Assembly: GCA_029548865.1 (NCBI GenBank) | Contig: JAKPMO010000028.1 | Location: forward strand, 1-64,000 | From: Caldisericota bacterium | GTDB lineage: Bacteria; Caldisericota; Caldisericia; JAAYUI01 | Length of the DNA: 64,000 bases | Direction of reading: 5' to 3' | Shown: one piece after another, positions 28,464 through 39,166 of the stretch | Layout: each line of letters opens with the position of its first letter | How positions within the stretch are numbered: position 1 is the stretch's first letter | Notes under the pieces: model-generated | Databases searched by the model: none | What the model saw: only the letters and a program-made list of their open reading frames with translations | Told to the model about the DNA's origin: nothing | Program-made: the position numbers and the translations under genes

Positions 28464-29355
28464 TCTTGCTTCCTGCTCCAGCTATTCACAGAGGGCAGCA
28501 CCAGAAGGTGAGTTTGTAAAACCGGAGCTGTATGGCGATGAGTGTTTTGATCTCGGCAATAGCTGGGTTGAATGCAATCTGATAGGCGATGGTGTTGTCA
28601 GGCAGGCCACATTCATCGATACAGGGAAAGAATCTTTTTTCCTGGTCAAAAATGGCCCGCAAGGCCCCATCAAAAGGACGATCGGGCCAAAAGGCCCGCT
28701 TGACGCTCTGATAATTAGACCCGGACTCTTTGATCTGACCGGCGACAGGGTCCCGGAAATCATCTGGCCTGTCAAAAATGATCAACTCACAGGGCTTTCG
28801 GTGGTTTCGCTGGCTGGCGGCCCGGAGAAGACACTGTTCGAGCACCCAAGGATAAACTTTGCTACAACTGGAGGAACAGACTACAGTCCTGTTCTCTTCC
28901 TGTCCCTATCCGACCCAACGCTTGGCATAATGGCAATACCCTGGAGAGTGCACGGGGAGAAAATGCTTCCGGACCCATTTGGAAGTGACAGACCCTTTTC
29001 AACCGAAATAACAAACCAGAAGAAATCGGCCGTCGGAAAAGCATGGAGAGATTATTTTGATGGCATAAAGCCAAAACTGGAAACCTCAGGTCTTGAGGGT
29101 GAGTTGCTGGAAAGTGCAAAAACCGCACTGGCATTTTATTATTGGGACATGGGGCAAAATGCTGAAGCCACAAGTCTCATAATCGGAGACGAGGAAAACA
29201 ATCCAGATTTGTCAAAACTTCTTTTTAACAAAGGTTTCTGGGCGCTGTGGAGGGGCAATATTGGTCTTGCCAAAACATTTTTCCTGTCCTCAATGACACA
29301 GATCGGGGGCAACAAAATCAGTGATTGCCTTGAAATCCTCAAATCCTTGCCTTAG
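28423..29355 (+). CDS. Putative lipoprotein
   Basis: Lipobox-like LASC after a hydrophobic signal; DLTGD.VPEI motif; TPR-like C-terminus. Confidence 0.7.
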   Translation: MAKRILCLLIAICSLASCSSYSQRAAPEGEFVKPELYGDECFDLGNSWVECNLIGDGVVRQATFIDTGKESFFLVKNGPQGPIKRTIGPKGPLDALIIRPGLFDLTGDRVPEIIWPVKNDQLTGLSVVSLAGGPEKTLFEHPRINFATTGGTDYSPVLFLSLSDPTLGIMAIPWRVHGEKMLPDPFGSDRPFSTEITNQKKSAVGKAWRDYFDGIKPKLETSGLEGELLESAKTALAFYYWDMGQNAEATSLIIGDEENNPDLSKLLFNKGFWALWRGNIGLAKTFFLSSMTQIGGNKISDCLEILKSLP

Positions 29356-29432
29356 CACGAAGAAGGGAAAACAGAATTAGGCCAATGGCAACCAGAATGT
29401 TTGCAATACTAATTTGTTGCCGGGCCAGGGCT

Positions 29433-29543
29433 TCATCCATCCGACTTGAACGCCTCAATGTTAGTACTCCCAACATATCTTGCCTCGAAACCCGGCTCCA
29501 GCAATTCTTGCGGGACCAACTCGTCTTTTACTCTTAAGCCCAT
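29433..29543 (-). CDS. Possible 36-aa ORF or gene remnant
   Basis: CAGGAG SD, then ATG MGLRVKDELVPQELLEPGFEARYVGSTNIEAFKSDG*. Confidence 0.3.
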   Translation of the reverse strand: MGLRVKDELVPQELLEPGFEARYVGSTNIEAFKSDG

Positions 29544-29596
29544 CTTTATCTCCTGCATACTTGGATAACTGGCCCTAATAACCAATCTCAGTACAA

Positions 29597-30517
29597 CTAC
29601 CGGTCAAATACTGTGAGGAGATCTTTAATATTGATGATTGCTTCCTGTTCCATGGCCTTCACATCACGGATAATGCGAATTTTTTCGCCCGAATCCATTT
29701 CCTTGTTGCTGATCTTCTCAAGATTGGCCGCGATCTCTTTGTACATTCCACTCAGCTTGTGGGCTTGTGACGAGATATTGTTATGCTTGGCAGCAAGCTC
29801 TTCGAACCAGGCGCCGGCCATTGCCCGGCATTCCGACCAGACCATAGCGTTCCACCAACTGCCATGACTGGCTCCATAACCAGCTTCAACGGCTTTAGCC
29901 CAGTTGTCATAAGCTGCCAGTCCAGTTGCAAAGTGCTCAAAGCTATGCTTCTCAGGGTTCTGGAATAGATCTAGCGCATAGCGCAAGCTATCGCGGATGA
30001 TGCTTGATTCGTCTTTGGCTGGCGTCTTTCGGAACGTCCAGAACACAGCATGGATCTCCTCGCCAAATTCCTTCCAGGTTTCGAATGTCAGGCTTGGCGG
30101 CGTCGTTTCACAGCAGGCATCCCACGGTTGGGCCATAAGGAATTTGTTATCGTCGTAACTATAAATGAGCTGATTGTCCATGTTGCCAACAGCACAGGGC
30201 TGCCCCTGGTCCAAATACTCCCGCACTTTCTGTTCCATGGCCATGCGCTCCTCCGGTGTGCTGCCATTGTGGCAGAACCCTAGTTCAACCATCTCAAGCC
30301 CTAGGTTGCGCACCAATGGGTAGAACTCTTCATATTTCCAGCAATATGGCCCACTTGGGCAAAGTTGCTCATGAATATTGACAAGAAACGCGTGTCCAGA
30401 GCCACCAAAGGTGGCTGCAACACTTACATTGCAATCAAAATAATCAAGTGCGCCCTTAACGGCGCCAACCAGGCAAGTGTTGAATGGTGGTTGATGAAGA
30501 CTGTCAAGTTTTTTCAT
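29597..30517 (-). CDS. Hypothetical protein (possibly BtrH_N/C39-like fold)
   Basis: AGGAGAGG SD; TTGACA-17-CACAAT upstream; CLVGAVKGALDYF..GGSGHAF and GLAAYDNW motifs. Confidence 0.7.
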   Translation of the reverse strand: MKKLDSLHQPPFNTCLVGAVKGALDYFDCNVSVAATFGGSGHAFLVNIHEQLCPSGPYCWKYEEFYPLVRNLGLEMVELGFCHNGSTPEERMAMEQKVREYLDQGQPCAVGNMDNQLIYSYDDNKFLMAQPWDACCETTPPSLTFETWKEFGEEIHAVFWTFRKTPAKDESSIIRDSLRYALDLFQNPEKHSFEHFATGLAAYDNWAKAVEAGYGASHGSWWNAMVWSECRAMAGAWFEELAAKHNNISSQAHKLSGMYKEIAANLEKISNKEMDSGEKIRIIRDVKAMEQEAIINIKDLLTVFDR

Positions 30518-30803
30518 TTTTACACCTCTCCTTTTTGCAATGCGGCATCACACAGGCCATTTTTGGACCTGCAAGTCACCCTTTTGGGCGGGATTGTGGC
30601 ATTAGTATCACCTTGTGTCAAGACAAGGGTTGCCCATAGAGTGTGTGGCAAACCGTCTGTGCAATATACCTTGGATTTAACGTTTATTTATCGATATGGG
30701 AACCAGCAGTTTCCGGCATTACGAGCCCTGCAAAAACACCTTTCTTGCTTTTTCATACGCAAACGGGGACAAAACCAGGAAACATATTGAAATTACCAAA
30801 TCC

Positions 30804-30831
30804 TTGCCTTAGCAAATCATAAAGCTATCAT
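30804..30831 (+). promoter_or_regulatory. Putative V-ATPase operon promoter (leaderless first gene)
   Basis: TTGCCT, 16 bp, TATCAT, 7 nt, GTG; no SD. Confidence 0.5.
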
Positions 30832-30838
30832 AAATAAT

Positions 30839-31165
30839 GTGACCGACAAAGAAATCCTTGAAGCAATTGGCAGTGCAGAAGAAAAAGCAAAAACAGAACT
30901 GGAAAATGCAAAACTGGGTGCCCAGGAACTCATTTCTTCTGCAAAAAAAAGGGCAAAAGAGATAGAGGACAAGGCCAGGCTCGATGCAATCGAGAAAGGC
31001 AAAAAAGACCTCGAAGCTGTGGATATTGAAGTAAACTCTATTGTCATGGAGTCCGTAAATGGCAGCAAAAAGAAATCAGAGGAGCTAAAGGCATCGCTCG
31101 GGAAAAACCTGCCAAAAGCTGCGGAAGCACTCTCAAGGGAGGCGCTTGAAAAATGGCCATTCTAA
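30839..31165 (+). CDS. V/A-type ATPase peripheral stalk subunit H/G
   Basis: Ala/Lys/Glu coiled coil (AEEKAK...AKKRAKEI); first gene of the operon. Confidence 0.8.
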   Translation: MTDKEILEAIGSAEEKAKTELENAKLGAQELISSAKKRAKEIEDKARLDAIEKGKKDLEAVDIEVNSIVMESVNGSKKKSEELKASLGKNLPKAAEALSREALEKWPF

Positions 31166-33117
31166 GGATGGCCAAAGCCATCCTCGGCACACCACCCGAA
31201 CACCTCGAACAGACACTGGCCTTGTTGCAGGAATTTGGCACCCTGAACACAAGACCTTTTGAAGGTCTGGAGATGGCCAACCAAAAAGCCGGCGCTAGAA
31301 AAGAGCGCCTCGAAAAGGCCTCTGAATCACTGCTTTTCCTTGATGTGGTCGCACCACGCAAAATGCCCTTCACAGCCAACTTTGCCTGGCCAAGGCCGGT
31401 CCTTGACCCAAAAAACGTAAAAAAACTGCTCTCAGGCAACCCAGAAGCCGTCATATCGGAACTGCTTGGGCAAAAAACAAGACTTGAACAGATAAAAACA
31501 GAACTGGCCAAACTCAAGGAAAGGGCAAATGTTCTTTCAAAATTCACCTCGCTCTCCATTCCAACACACATTGAAAGCAGTGAAGTTGATTACTTCATCG
31601 GGGTAGTGCAGCCGGGCAGGGAAAAACAGGCCACAGCACTGAATGGTGAAAAGGAATTTGCCATCTGGGCATCAAAGGGCGTCATTGTCATGGCCTCACT
31701 CAAGTCGAGATCAGCCGAGGCAAGGGAGCTGCTGGCAAAATTCGGATTTGCGGCCCTTCCTTTCCCACCCTCCAAGAAAACTGTCAGGGAACAACTGCAG
31801 GATACAAACTCCCAAATTGCCAGCCTGGAGAAAGAAAAACAGTCGCTTGAAAAAGAGGCTAGCAAGAATGCCAAAGACAAACGGCTTGCCATAATGCTCT
31901 GGATGGACAACGAGGAAACGGCCCAAAGACTCGAAGAAGTACCAGCCCTGTCCGGTATTTTTGGCAGTTTTGTCGTTGGATACGTTCCGGCAAAAGATGC
32001 GAAAAAATTTGAGCAAACGGTTTCCCAAAAGTGCCCATGGACCAGACTGGTGCTCCTTGATGTTCCGGAAGACGAGGAACCGCCTGTAAAGCTCAAAAAC
32101 AACCCATACAGCACGCCTTTTGAAACGGTAACCTCGATGTATGGGATGCCATCCTACAGAGGCATTGATTCAACTTTTATGGTCTCCATTTTGTTCCCGA
32201 TATTTTTTGGGTTCTGTTTTGGCGATGCACTATACGGCATAATGCTTGTCCTGTTTTCCTTGTGGTATCTGAGAACATTCAAAACAGAAGAAGGCGGAAA
32301 AAGGTTTTTCAGGCTGTTCATCATCTGTGGGGTATCCACCTTCATCATTGGCGCACTCACCGGCTCCTGGGGTGGCAACCTGATCGCCTCCGATGGCGTC
32401 ATAGCAGTTCCTGCGCTAGTGGCACTGAAAGACAGGATAACCCTGCTCGATCCCCTGAAGCAAACCATAACATTCTTTGTCCTGACACTCTTTATCGGCA
32501 TAGGGAGCCAGTTTATCGGCATCCTCATCGCCGCATGGATGAACATAAGGCAGGGCAAATGGTTGGACGCACTGCTTGACCAGGCAAGCTGGATAATCTT
32601 CCTCTCCGGTCTGGTCATGTTTGGAATCGACTTTCTGGGCGGCAATCTGACAGGCACCCCAAAAACGGTGATGTTTGTGCTGATACTTACCGGCGCTTTC
32701 TTCCTGGTGTTCTTTCAAGGCAGGGGTTCAAAAAACTTCTTCGGCAGGATAGGTCTGGGTCTCATTTCCCTCTACGGAATCATGGGCGGGTATGGCACCG
32801 CATCATTTATTGGTGACATAATGAGCTACTCAAGACTCATGGCGCTTGGTCTTACCAGCTCCATTGTGGCCCTGGCATTCAACAAGATGGCCATGATGAT
32901 AGGATTTTCAAATCCCTTTGGTTCAATTTTCACGATTGTAATACTTGTTTTTGGCCACCTGCTCAATTTTTTCCTGAACATCATTGGGAGTTTTGTGCAC
33001 CCTGCAAGACTAACGTTCCTTGAGTTTTATTCCAGATTCTATTCTGGAGGCGGTCGCAGTTTCTCTCCTTTGGAAAAAAGCGAAAAACGGATAAAGATTA
33101 TGGAGGAAAAAGCATGA
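31153..33117 (+). CDS. ntpI: V/A-type ATPase subunit I (a)
   Basis: PPVKLKN, MYGMPSY, FGFCFGDALYG, SYSRLMALGL, HPARLTFLEFY. Confidence 0.93.
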   Translation: MAILRMAKAILGTPPEHLEQTLALLQEFGTLNTRPFEGLEMANQKAGARKERLEKASESLLFLDVVAPRKMPFTANFAWPRPVLDPKNVKKLLSGNPEAVISELLGQKTRLEQIKTELAKLKERANVLSKFTSLSIPTHIESSEVDYFIGVVQPGREKQATALNGEKEFAIWASKGVIVMASLKSRSAEARELLAKFGFAALPFPPSKKTVREQLQDTNSQIASLEKEKQSLEKEASKNAKDKRLAIMLWMDNEETAQRLEEVPALSGIFGSFVVGYVPAKDAKKFEQTVSQKCPWTRLVLLDVPEDEEPPVKLKNNPYSTPFETVTSMYGMPSYRGIDSTFMVSILFPIFFGFCFGDALYGIMLVLFSLWYLRTFKTEEGGKRFFRLFIICGVSTFIIGALTGSWGGNLIASDGVIAVPALVALKDRITLLDPLKQTITFFVLTLFIGIGSQFIGILIAAWMNIRQGKWLDALLDQASWIIFLSGLVMFGIDFLGGNLTGTPKTVMFVLILTGAFFLVFFQGRGSKNFFGRIGLGLISLYGIMGGYGTASFIGDIMSYSRLMALGLTSSIVALAFNKMAMMIGFSNPFGSIFTIVILVFGHLLNFFLNIIGSFVHPARLTFLEFYSRFYSGGGRSFSPLEKSEKRIKIMEEKA

Positions 33118-33611
33118 ATAATGTATTGGCAGAACTTTTCGGGCAATCAGGACAGGGCTTCGTTATCCTAGGAATGATAGTCAACGTGGTGCTTGGAGGC
33201 ATAGGATCTGCAAAGGGTCTCAGGATAGCCGCAACACAAACGGCAGGTGTAATGTCCGAAAAACCTGAACTCTTTGGAAAACTGTTTGTTTTGATGGTCC
33301 TTCCGGGAACACAGGGCTTCTATTCTTTCATAGCCTCATTTTTGGCCGGCCTTCAAACATTCCTTGGCAACAAAACAATCTCCACACCGGCCTCAATAGG
33401 ATTGATGCTCCTTCTCATAGCCATGGGCTTTATCGAATTGATTTCAGCCATTGAACAGGGCAAGACCTCCGCCGCGGCAATCAACATGGTCGCCAAGCAG
33501 GAGAGGACATTCGGCCAGGCAATCATCATGCCGGCCCTTGTTGAAACATACGCAGTCCTTGGCCTGCTCATCTCGATCATCGTCATCCTCTCGATCAATT
33601 TGATAAAATAA
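33114..33611 (+). CDS. ntpK: V/A-type ATPase subunit K (c), 4-TM NtpK-like
   Basis: GGIGSAKG, LPGTQG, EQGK, VETYA. Confidence 0.92.
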   Translation: MNNVLAELFGQSGQGFVILGMIVNVVLGGIGSAKGLRIAATQTAGVMSEKPELFGKLFVLMVLPGTQGFYSFIASFLAGLQTFLGNKTISTPASIGLMLLLIAMGFIELISAIEQGKTSAAAINMVAKQERTFGQAIIMPALVETYAVLGLLISIIVILSINLIK

Positions 33612-34162
33612 TGGGCCTTGAATCACTGACTTCAATAATCCTCGATGGGGCAAAATCAGCCTCGGAAAAACTCCTCGAGGACGCCAAAAAAGAAGCAGAT
33701 CTGATAATCAGCTCTGCCCAGGCCAGAAGCAGGGAGATTTTTGCGGCCACCTATGCTCCTTTTGAAAAAGAAATGGCGGCCAAAAAATCGTCCGCACTCT
33801 CCATGGCCAAGATGGAAGAGACCTCGGCAAGGCTCGACGCTCTCAACAAGATGCTGTACGAAACCTGCAAAAAGGCTATGGAAACACTGTTCTCAAACCC
33901 GTCGTTCCTGGAGAAGGTAAAATCCTGGGCGCTTGGGCACAAGGGTGGCGAATTCTTTATCGGCAAGAACATTGACAGCGCAATGCCCGAACTCAAAAAA
34001 ACACTGCTGGATAAAGGTTTTAATGTGGTTACTCTTCAAAACCCCAATGCAATCGAGCACAGGCAGGAAAAACAGATAGACAGGCTGGACATTGAAGACG
34101 GCTTAAGGAGGCTGGCATTTGACCAAGCAGACAGGATTATTGTCATCCTATCCGCCCCCTGA
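33611..34162 (+). CDS. ntpE: V/A-type ATPase subunit E
   Basis: MGLESLTSIIL... coiled-coil N-terminus; operon position. Confidence 0.8.
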   Translation: MGLESLTSIILDGAKSASEKLLEDAKKEADLIISSAQARSREIFAATYAPFEKEMAAKKSSALSMAKMEETSARLDALNKMLYETCKKAMETLFSNPSFLEKVKSWALGHKGGEFFIGKNIDSAMPELKKTLLDKGFNVVTLQNPNAIEHRQEKQIDRLDIEDGLRRLAFDQADRIIVILSAP

Positions 34163-35027
34163 CGCCGAGGCCTTCCGCTTCACTTCGGCAAGGGTGAAAG
34201 TCATCGAGGGCAAACTGCTCTCGCAGGCGGACTTCCTGAGGTTCAAAAACCTTTCCCCTGGTGACAGGGCGAGGGCCATAAAAGGCATTTACCCATGGTT
34301 CGATGGCGATGCTAGCAGCTTCAGGGCACAGGCAGACAGGCACCTTTTTGGGGAGAGCATCTCCCTTTCGGAAGAGTCCGGCCATCCGGACCTTGCAACA
34401 TACTTCCTTCTTCCAAGGGCATTTGCCCAGGTGCAGGCCAGCCTTGAGGGTGCGACAAACCCGCCTGCAATTGTGCCTTTTCTTGGCAATTATTTTGATT
34501 CGTGCTCCATTTCTGACCTTCCTGAAGGCCTGAGGGAAGTGGTTTCTGATGCGAAAAACCTTTACAGTACAGGTGAGAAGCCAAAAGCAAGGCGCCTGAT
34601 GACCCAAAAATTGGTAGACATGCTAATGGAATCAAGATTTTCCAAACTTTCATATTTTGACGAGTGCATCAATGCATATTCAAACCTTCTTGAAGTCAGG
34701 CTTGTGATCGCATCGAGGATAAGGAAGGGCTCTTTTGTGCCAATTGAAGGCTGTGAAATAAATGGCGACTGCACTCCGGAACAGCTCGCAAAAACACTTG
34801 GCACAACAAACCCTGACCTTGAGAACCTCGAACAGGTTGCAAGCAAAAAGTTTTTTGAAAAAGTAACGGCCTCAAGGGCCATTCCTGCAGGCCCCGAGGT
34901 CATCTTCGGATACCTGTCAGAGCTCGAGAACGAGCTGGTGAATGCCTCGATGCTGCTTGCAGGTTCGCTGGTCGCGCTCCCGCCAGCAGAGCTCGAGATG
35001 GCATACGGGAGGGCCTATGTCTCTTAA
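34119..35027 (+). CDS. ntpC: V/A-type ATPase subunit C (d)
   Basis: ARVKVIEGKLL N-terminus; GPEVIFGYL..ENELVN C-terminus. Confidence 0.82.
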   Translation: MTKQTGLLSSYPPPDAEAFRFTSARVKVIEGKLLSQADFLRFKNLSPGDRARAIKGIYPWFDGDASSFRAQADRHLFGESISLSEESGHPDLATYFLLPRAFAQVQASLEGATNPPAIVPFLGNYFDSCSISDLPEGLREVVSDAKNLYSTGEKPKARRLMTQKLVDMLMESRFSKLSYFDECINAYSNLLEVRLVIASRIRKGSFVPIEGCEINGDCTPEQLAKTLGTTNPDLENLEQVASKKFFEKVTASRAIPAGPEVIFGYLSELENELVNASMLLAGSLVALPPAELEMAYGRAYVS

Positions 35028-35355
35028 TGTTGTGGCAATAGGAAACGCCCTCCAGGTATCACCCTGGGGTTTTTTGGGTGCAAAAGTAATCATCCCGGAA
35101 AAGGAAGACGAGCAAAAAGAACTTTCCGGTCTTCTTTCTGATGAAAAAATAGGAATATTGCTGATATCAAACGATCTGGCGGTCAGAAACCAGCACCTTC
35201 TTGAAAAACAGCACCTCCACGGGCCGGTCGTCCTGGTAATTCCGGACGGCTTCGAGGAAGACGATCCGGCTGGCGAGGCACTGCGAAAACTCGTCATGGA
35301 GGCAATTGGTGTTGACCTGCTCGGAAAAGAGAGGCTCAATGGGAACAATAACTAG
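35017..35355 (+). CDS. ntpF: V/A-type ATPase subunit F
   Basis: VAIG...GFLG, PVVLVIP, LV.EAIGVDL; start MSLNV at 35017. Confidence 0.85.
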   Translation: MSLNVVAIGNALQVSPWGFLGAKVIIPEKEDEQKELSGLLSDEKIGILLISNDLAVRNQHLLEKQHLHGPVVLVIPDGFEEDDPAGEALRKLVMEAIGVDLLGKERLNGNNN

Positions 35356-37087
35356 GATTTCAGGCCCGCTTGTCGAGGCCAGGGACCTGAACGAGGCCTT
35401 CATGTATGAACTCGTCAAGGTCGGCGAGATGGGCCTTTTTGGCGAAATAATAGAAATGCGCTCGGGCATTGTTTCAATCCAGGTGTACGAGGACACCGAA
35501 ACGCTCAAACCGGGCGAACCGGTCTCCTGCACTGGCGTCCCTCTCTCTGCCCTCCTCGGTCCGGGACTCATTGGAAGCATCTATGACGGCCTGCAAAGGC
35601 CACTGCCAGTCCTGCAGTCAAAATACGGCGATTTCGTGGCCAGGGGCGTCATTGAGCCGGCCCTCGACCAGTCAAGGAAATGGGACTTTGCGGCCACAAA
35701 AACTGAAGGCCAGGTGGGCGAGGGTGACATAATCGGAACGGTCCAGGAAACTGACATCGTTGCTCACAAGATAATGGTGCCTGCAGGCGTCAAAGGCAGG
35801 CTTGAAGGAATAAAAAGCGGAAAATACACAATCACTGAACCGATAGGGTACGTTATCGACGGTGAAAAAAAGCACGAACTGAAACTTGCCCAGACATGGC
35901 CGGTCAGGATTTCAAGACCGGTGCAAAAAAGATTGCCGCCAAAGGACCCCATGGTGACCGGCCAGAGGGTGCTTGACATGCTATTTCCGATCGCAAAAGG
36001 TGGAACAGCCTGCGTTCCAGGCCCGTTTGGTTCCGGAAAAACGGTCGTCCAGCACCAGCTTGCAAAATGGGCCGATGCAGACATCATCGTCTACGTCGGC
36101 TGCGGCGAGAGGGGCAACGAGATGACCGACGTTCTTGATGAATTCCCCAGACTCGTTGACCCAAAGACCGGCGCACCGCTCATGAACAGGACGGTGCTCA
36201 TAGCAAACACTTCCAATATGCCTGTTGCGGCACGCGAGGCCTCGGTTTTCTTGGGCGCCACAATCGCACAGTATTTCAGGGACATGGGCTACAGCGTCGC
36301 CATGATGGCCGACTCCACCTCAAGGTGGGCCGAGGCAATGAGGGAAATCTCCGGCAGGCTGGAAGAGATGCCCGGCGAAGAGGGTTTCCCTGCATACCTT
36401 GCGTCAAGGGTGGCCGGCTTTTACGAAAGGGCCGGGCAGACGGAGTGCATCGGAACACCGGAAAGAGAAGGCACACTGTCAATCATAGGCGCAGTTTCAC
36501 CGCCTGGCGGCGACCTTTCCGAGCCGGTGGTACAGGCGACCCTGAGGGCCGTGAAGGTCTTCTGGGCGCTTGATTCACAGCTCGCATACAGAAGGCACTT
36601 CCCGGCCATAAACTGGCTGAATTCATACTCGCTGTATGCCAGCGAGGTCGGCCCAAGCTTCGACAGGAGCATTGGTGAGGGCTGGACAAAATACCGCCAG
36701 AGGGCAATGACCATCCTCGATGAAGAAGCCAGGCTAGAAGAAATAGTCAGGCTGGTTGGCCAGGACGCCCTCTCCCCAAAACAGAGGCTCACGCTTGAAT
36801 TTGCCAGATCAATCAGGGAAGATTTCCTTCAGCAAAACGCCTTTGTGGCCGAAGACACCTACACATCCCCGCAAAAACAGCTGATGCTCCTGACTGCCAT
36901 CTGCGAGCTCTACGATGGCGCGGCAGGCATCATAGAGACCCAGGAACAATACTCTGCCCTGCTTTCTAATCCGGTCAGGGAAAAGATTTCCAGGGCAAAG
37001 ATGACCCCGGAACCAGCAGACGGATTCTTTGCCGGACTGATGAAAGAAATTGAGCAAGCACTTGCACAGATAGGCGGCATGCAATGA
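35339..37087 (+). CDS. ntpA: V/A-type ATPase catalytic subunit A
   Basis: [38 protein letters not shown]; no intein. Confidence 0.97.
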   Translation: MGTITRISGPLVEARDLNEAFMYELVKVGEMGLFGEIIEMRSGIVSIQVYEDTETLKPGEPVSCTGVPLSALLGPGLIGSIYDGLQRPLPVLQSKYGDFVARGVIEPALDQSRKWDFAATKTEGQVGEGDIIGTVQETDIVAHKIMVPAGVKGRLEGIKSGKYTITEPIGYVIDGEKKHELKLAQTWPVRISRPVQKRLPPKDPMVTGQRVLDMLFPIAKGGTACVPGPFGSGKTVVQHQLAKWADADIIVYVGCGERGNEMTDVLDEFPRLVDPKTGAPLMNRTVLIANTSNMPVAAREASVFLGATIAQYFRDMGYSVAMMADSTSRWAEAMREISGRLEEMPGEEGFPAYLASRVAGFYERAGQTECIGTPEREGTLSIIGAVSPPGGDLSEPVVQATLRAVKVFWALDSQLAYRRHFPAINWLNSYSLYASEVGPSFDRSIGEGWTKYRQRAMTILDEEARLEEIVRLVGQDALSPKQRLTLEFARSIREDFLQQNAFVAEDTYTSPQKQLMLLTAICELYDGAAGIIETQEQYSALLSNPVREKISRAKMTPEPADGFFAGLMKEIEQALAQIGGMQ

Positions 37088-38448
37088 AAGAATTCATGAC
37101 CACAAAAGAGGTTGTCGGGCCGCTCATCCTTGTCACTGATTGTGGTGACGTCGGCTATGGCGAGGTCGCAGAAATTACAATGCCTGACGGGCAGACAAGG
37201 CACGCAATGGTGCTCCAGACCTCCCACGACTTGGCGCTACTCCAGGTTTTTGAGGGCACATCCGGCATAAACCCTGGAACAACAAGGGTCCGCTTCACGG
37301 CAAAGCCACTCCAGATAGGGCTCACACCTGACATGATCGGTAGAGTCTTTGATGGTCTCGGAAGGCCAAAAGACGGGGGTCCGGTCCCTATACCAAAGAA
37401 GAGGGTTTCGATAAATGGCTCCCCACTCAACCCGGTTTCAAGGGCTTACCCAAACGAATTCATATCAACCGGCATTTCTGCAATCGACGGGCTTAACACG
37501 CTGGTCAGGGGCCAGAAACTCCCGATTTTCTCCGGTGCCGGCCTCCCTCATGCGAGGATAGCCGCACAGATAGCCAGACAGGCCACCATCTCTACAGGCG
37601 AGGAGTTCTCGGTAGTATTCGCCGCACTTGGCGTGACATTTGAAGAAGCCAACTTCTTCATTGAGGGGTTAAAGGCAACTGGTGCCGATGCAAGATCGGT
37701 GCTGTTCATCAATTTGGCCTCCGACCCCGTCATCGAGAGGATAGCCATCCCGAGGATGGCGCTTTCGTGCGCCGAATACCTGGCTTTTGAGCTTGGTTAC
37801 CACGTCCTTGTCATCATGACGGACATGACAAACTACTGCGAGGCGCTCAGGGAAATAGGCGCGGCCAGAAGGGAAATCCCAGGCAGAAGGGGCTACCCGG
37901 GCTACATGTACACCGACCTGGCGTCCCTGTATGAAAGGGCCGGCAGGATAAGGGGCAAAAAGGGCTCCATAACCCAGATGCCAATCCTCACCATGCCTGA
38001 TGACGACAAGACCCACCCGATCCCGGACCTGACCGGCTACATAACCGAAGGCCAGATAATGCTCTCAAGGAGCCTCGAGCGCGCCGGTATCTATCCTCCA
38101 ATCGATGTCCTGCCATCACTTTCAAGGCTGAGAGACAAGGGAATCGGCGACGGGAAAACGAGGGAAGACCATGCTGACCTTTCATCCCAGCTCTTTGCCT
38201 CATACGCAAGGGGCAGGGAGGCAAGGGAGCTTGCGGTCATCCTTGGTGAATCCGCCCTGTCTCCGATAGATGTGACCTATGTCCGCTTTGCAGAAGAGTT
38301 TGAAAAGAGGTTTGTAAGCCAAGGCGAGTTTGAGGACAGGAACATCACCGGGACGCTTGAGCTTGGCTGGGAACTGCTCTCCATTCTGCCAAAAGCGGAA
38401 TTGAAGAGGGTTCACAAGGAATTCCTGGAAAAATACGGCAAGGCATAA
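37084..38448 (+). CDS. ntpB: V/A-type ATPase subunit B
   Basis: [40 protein letters not shown]. Confidence 0.97.
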   Translation: MKEFMTTKEVVGPLILVTDCGDVGYGEVAEITMPDGQTRHAMVLQTSHDLALLQVFEGTSGINPGTTRVRFTAKPLQIGLTPDMIGRVFDGLGRPKDGGPVPIPKKRVSINGSPLNPVSRAYPNEFISTGISAIDGLNTLVRGQKLPIFSGAGLPHARIAAQIARQATISTGEEFSVVFAALGVTFEEANFFIEGLKATGADARSVLFINLASDPVIERIAIPRMALSCAEYLAFELGYHVLVIMTDMTNYCEALREIGAARREIPGRRGYPGYMYTDLASLYERAGRIRGKKGSITQMPILTMPDDDKTHPIPDLTGYITEGQIMLSRSLERAGIYPPIDVLPSLSRLRDKGIGDGKTREDHADLSSQLFASYARGREARELAVILGESALSPIDVTYVRFAEEFEKRFVSQGEFEDRNITGTLELGWELLSILPKAELKRVHKEFLEKYGKA

Positions 38449-38451
38449 AAA

Positions 38452-39081
38452 ATGGCGCAAAACATTCCTGCCAACAGAATGGAGCTTTTCAAGAGGAAAC
38501 GCCAGCTTGTGCAGGCCCAGAAGGGCCTGAAGATGCTCAAGGACAAGCTGGAGGCCCTGCTTGCCCAGTTCATGCACATGTCAAATGCGTATCTTGGGAA
38601 GAAAAAGGGCCTGTTCTCCGAGCTCCTCCTCGCGCAGGCAAGGTATGCGCTCTCGGCCTCTGCCAATCCGGAGCTTGCCCAGATCGGGCTCTCAAGGTAT
38701 GGCAAACTCACACTGAAGAAATCCGAGTTCAGGGTTGTCTCCCTACTCCTGCCAAAGCTGGAGATAGAGGAATACGAACCTGACACTGCAATACCCCCGC
38801 AGTCGGCAACAACGCAGGCGCTCCTTGCACTCGACTCATACTCGAAGCTCCTGCCAAACCTCGTGGAGGTGGCACAGCTCCAGTCGGCACTGAGGGAGCT
38901 TGCGCTGGAGATACAGACGGTGCGCAGAAGAGTGAACGCGCTGGAGAATGTTCTTGTGCCAACCCTGCAAGATGAGGTCAGACAGGTGCAGTCAAAACTG
39001 GACGAGGCCGAAAGGGCCTCAAAATCCAGGCTCCTAAGGATCAAGGACATCCTTGCGAAAAAGGACGAGAGACTGGGCTAG
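38452..39081 (+). CDS. ntpD: V/A-type ATPase subunit D
   Basis: NRMEL...LKDK..L and RRRVNALE. Confidence 0.93.
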   Translation: MAQNIPANRMELFKRKRQLVQAQKGLKMLKDKLEALLAQFMHMSNAYLGKKKGLFSELLLAQARYALSASANPELAQIGLSRYGKLTLKKSEFRVVSLLLPKLEIEEYEPDTAIPPQSATTQALLALDSYSKLLPNLVEVAQLQSALRELALEIQTVRRRVNALENVLVPTLQDEVRQVQSKLDEAERASKSRLLRIKDILAKKDERLG

Positions 39082-39166
39082 AAAATCCCGCGTCATACAA
39101 TTTAATTGATATATCCCAACACTGGTGGTAGAAACTTCCCCAATTTTATAAAAAGGAGGCTGCCAC

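Noticed and set aside
30518..30600. Riboswitch in the leader of the 306-aa gene
   Set aside because: No recognisable aptamer consensus or terminator.
35339..37087. Intein in ATPase subunit A
   Set aside because: Normal length and a continuous GPFGSGKTV motif.
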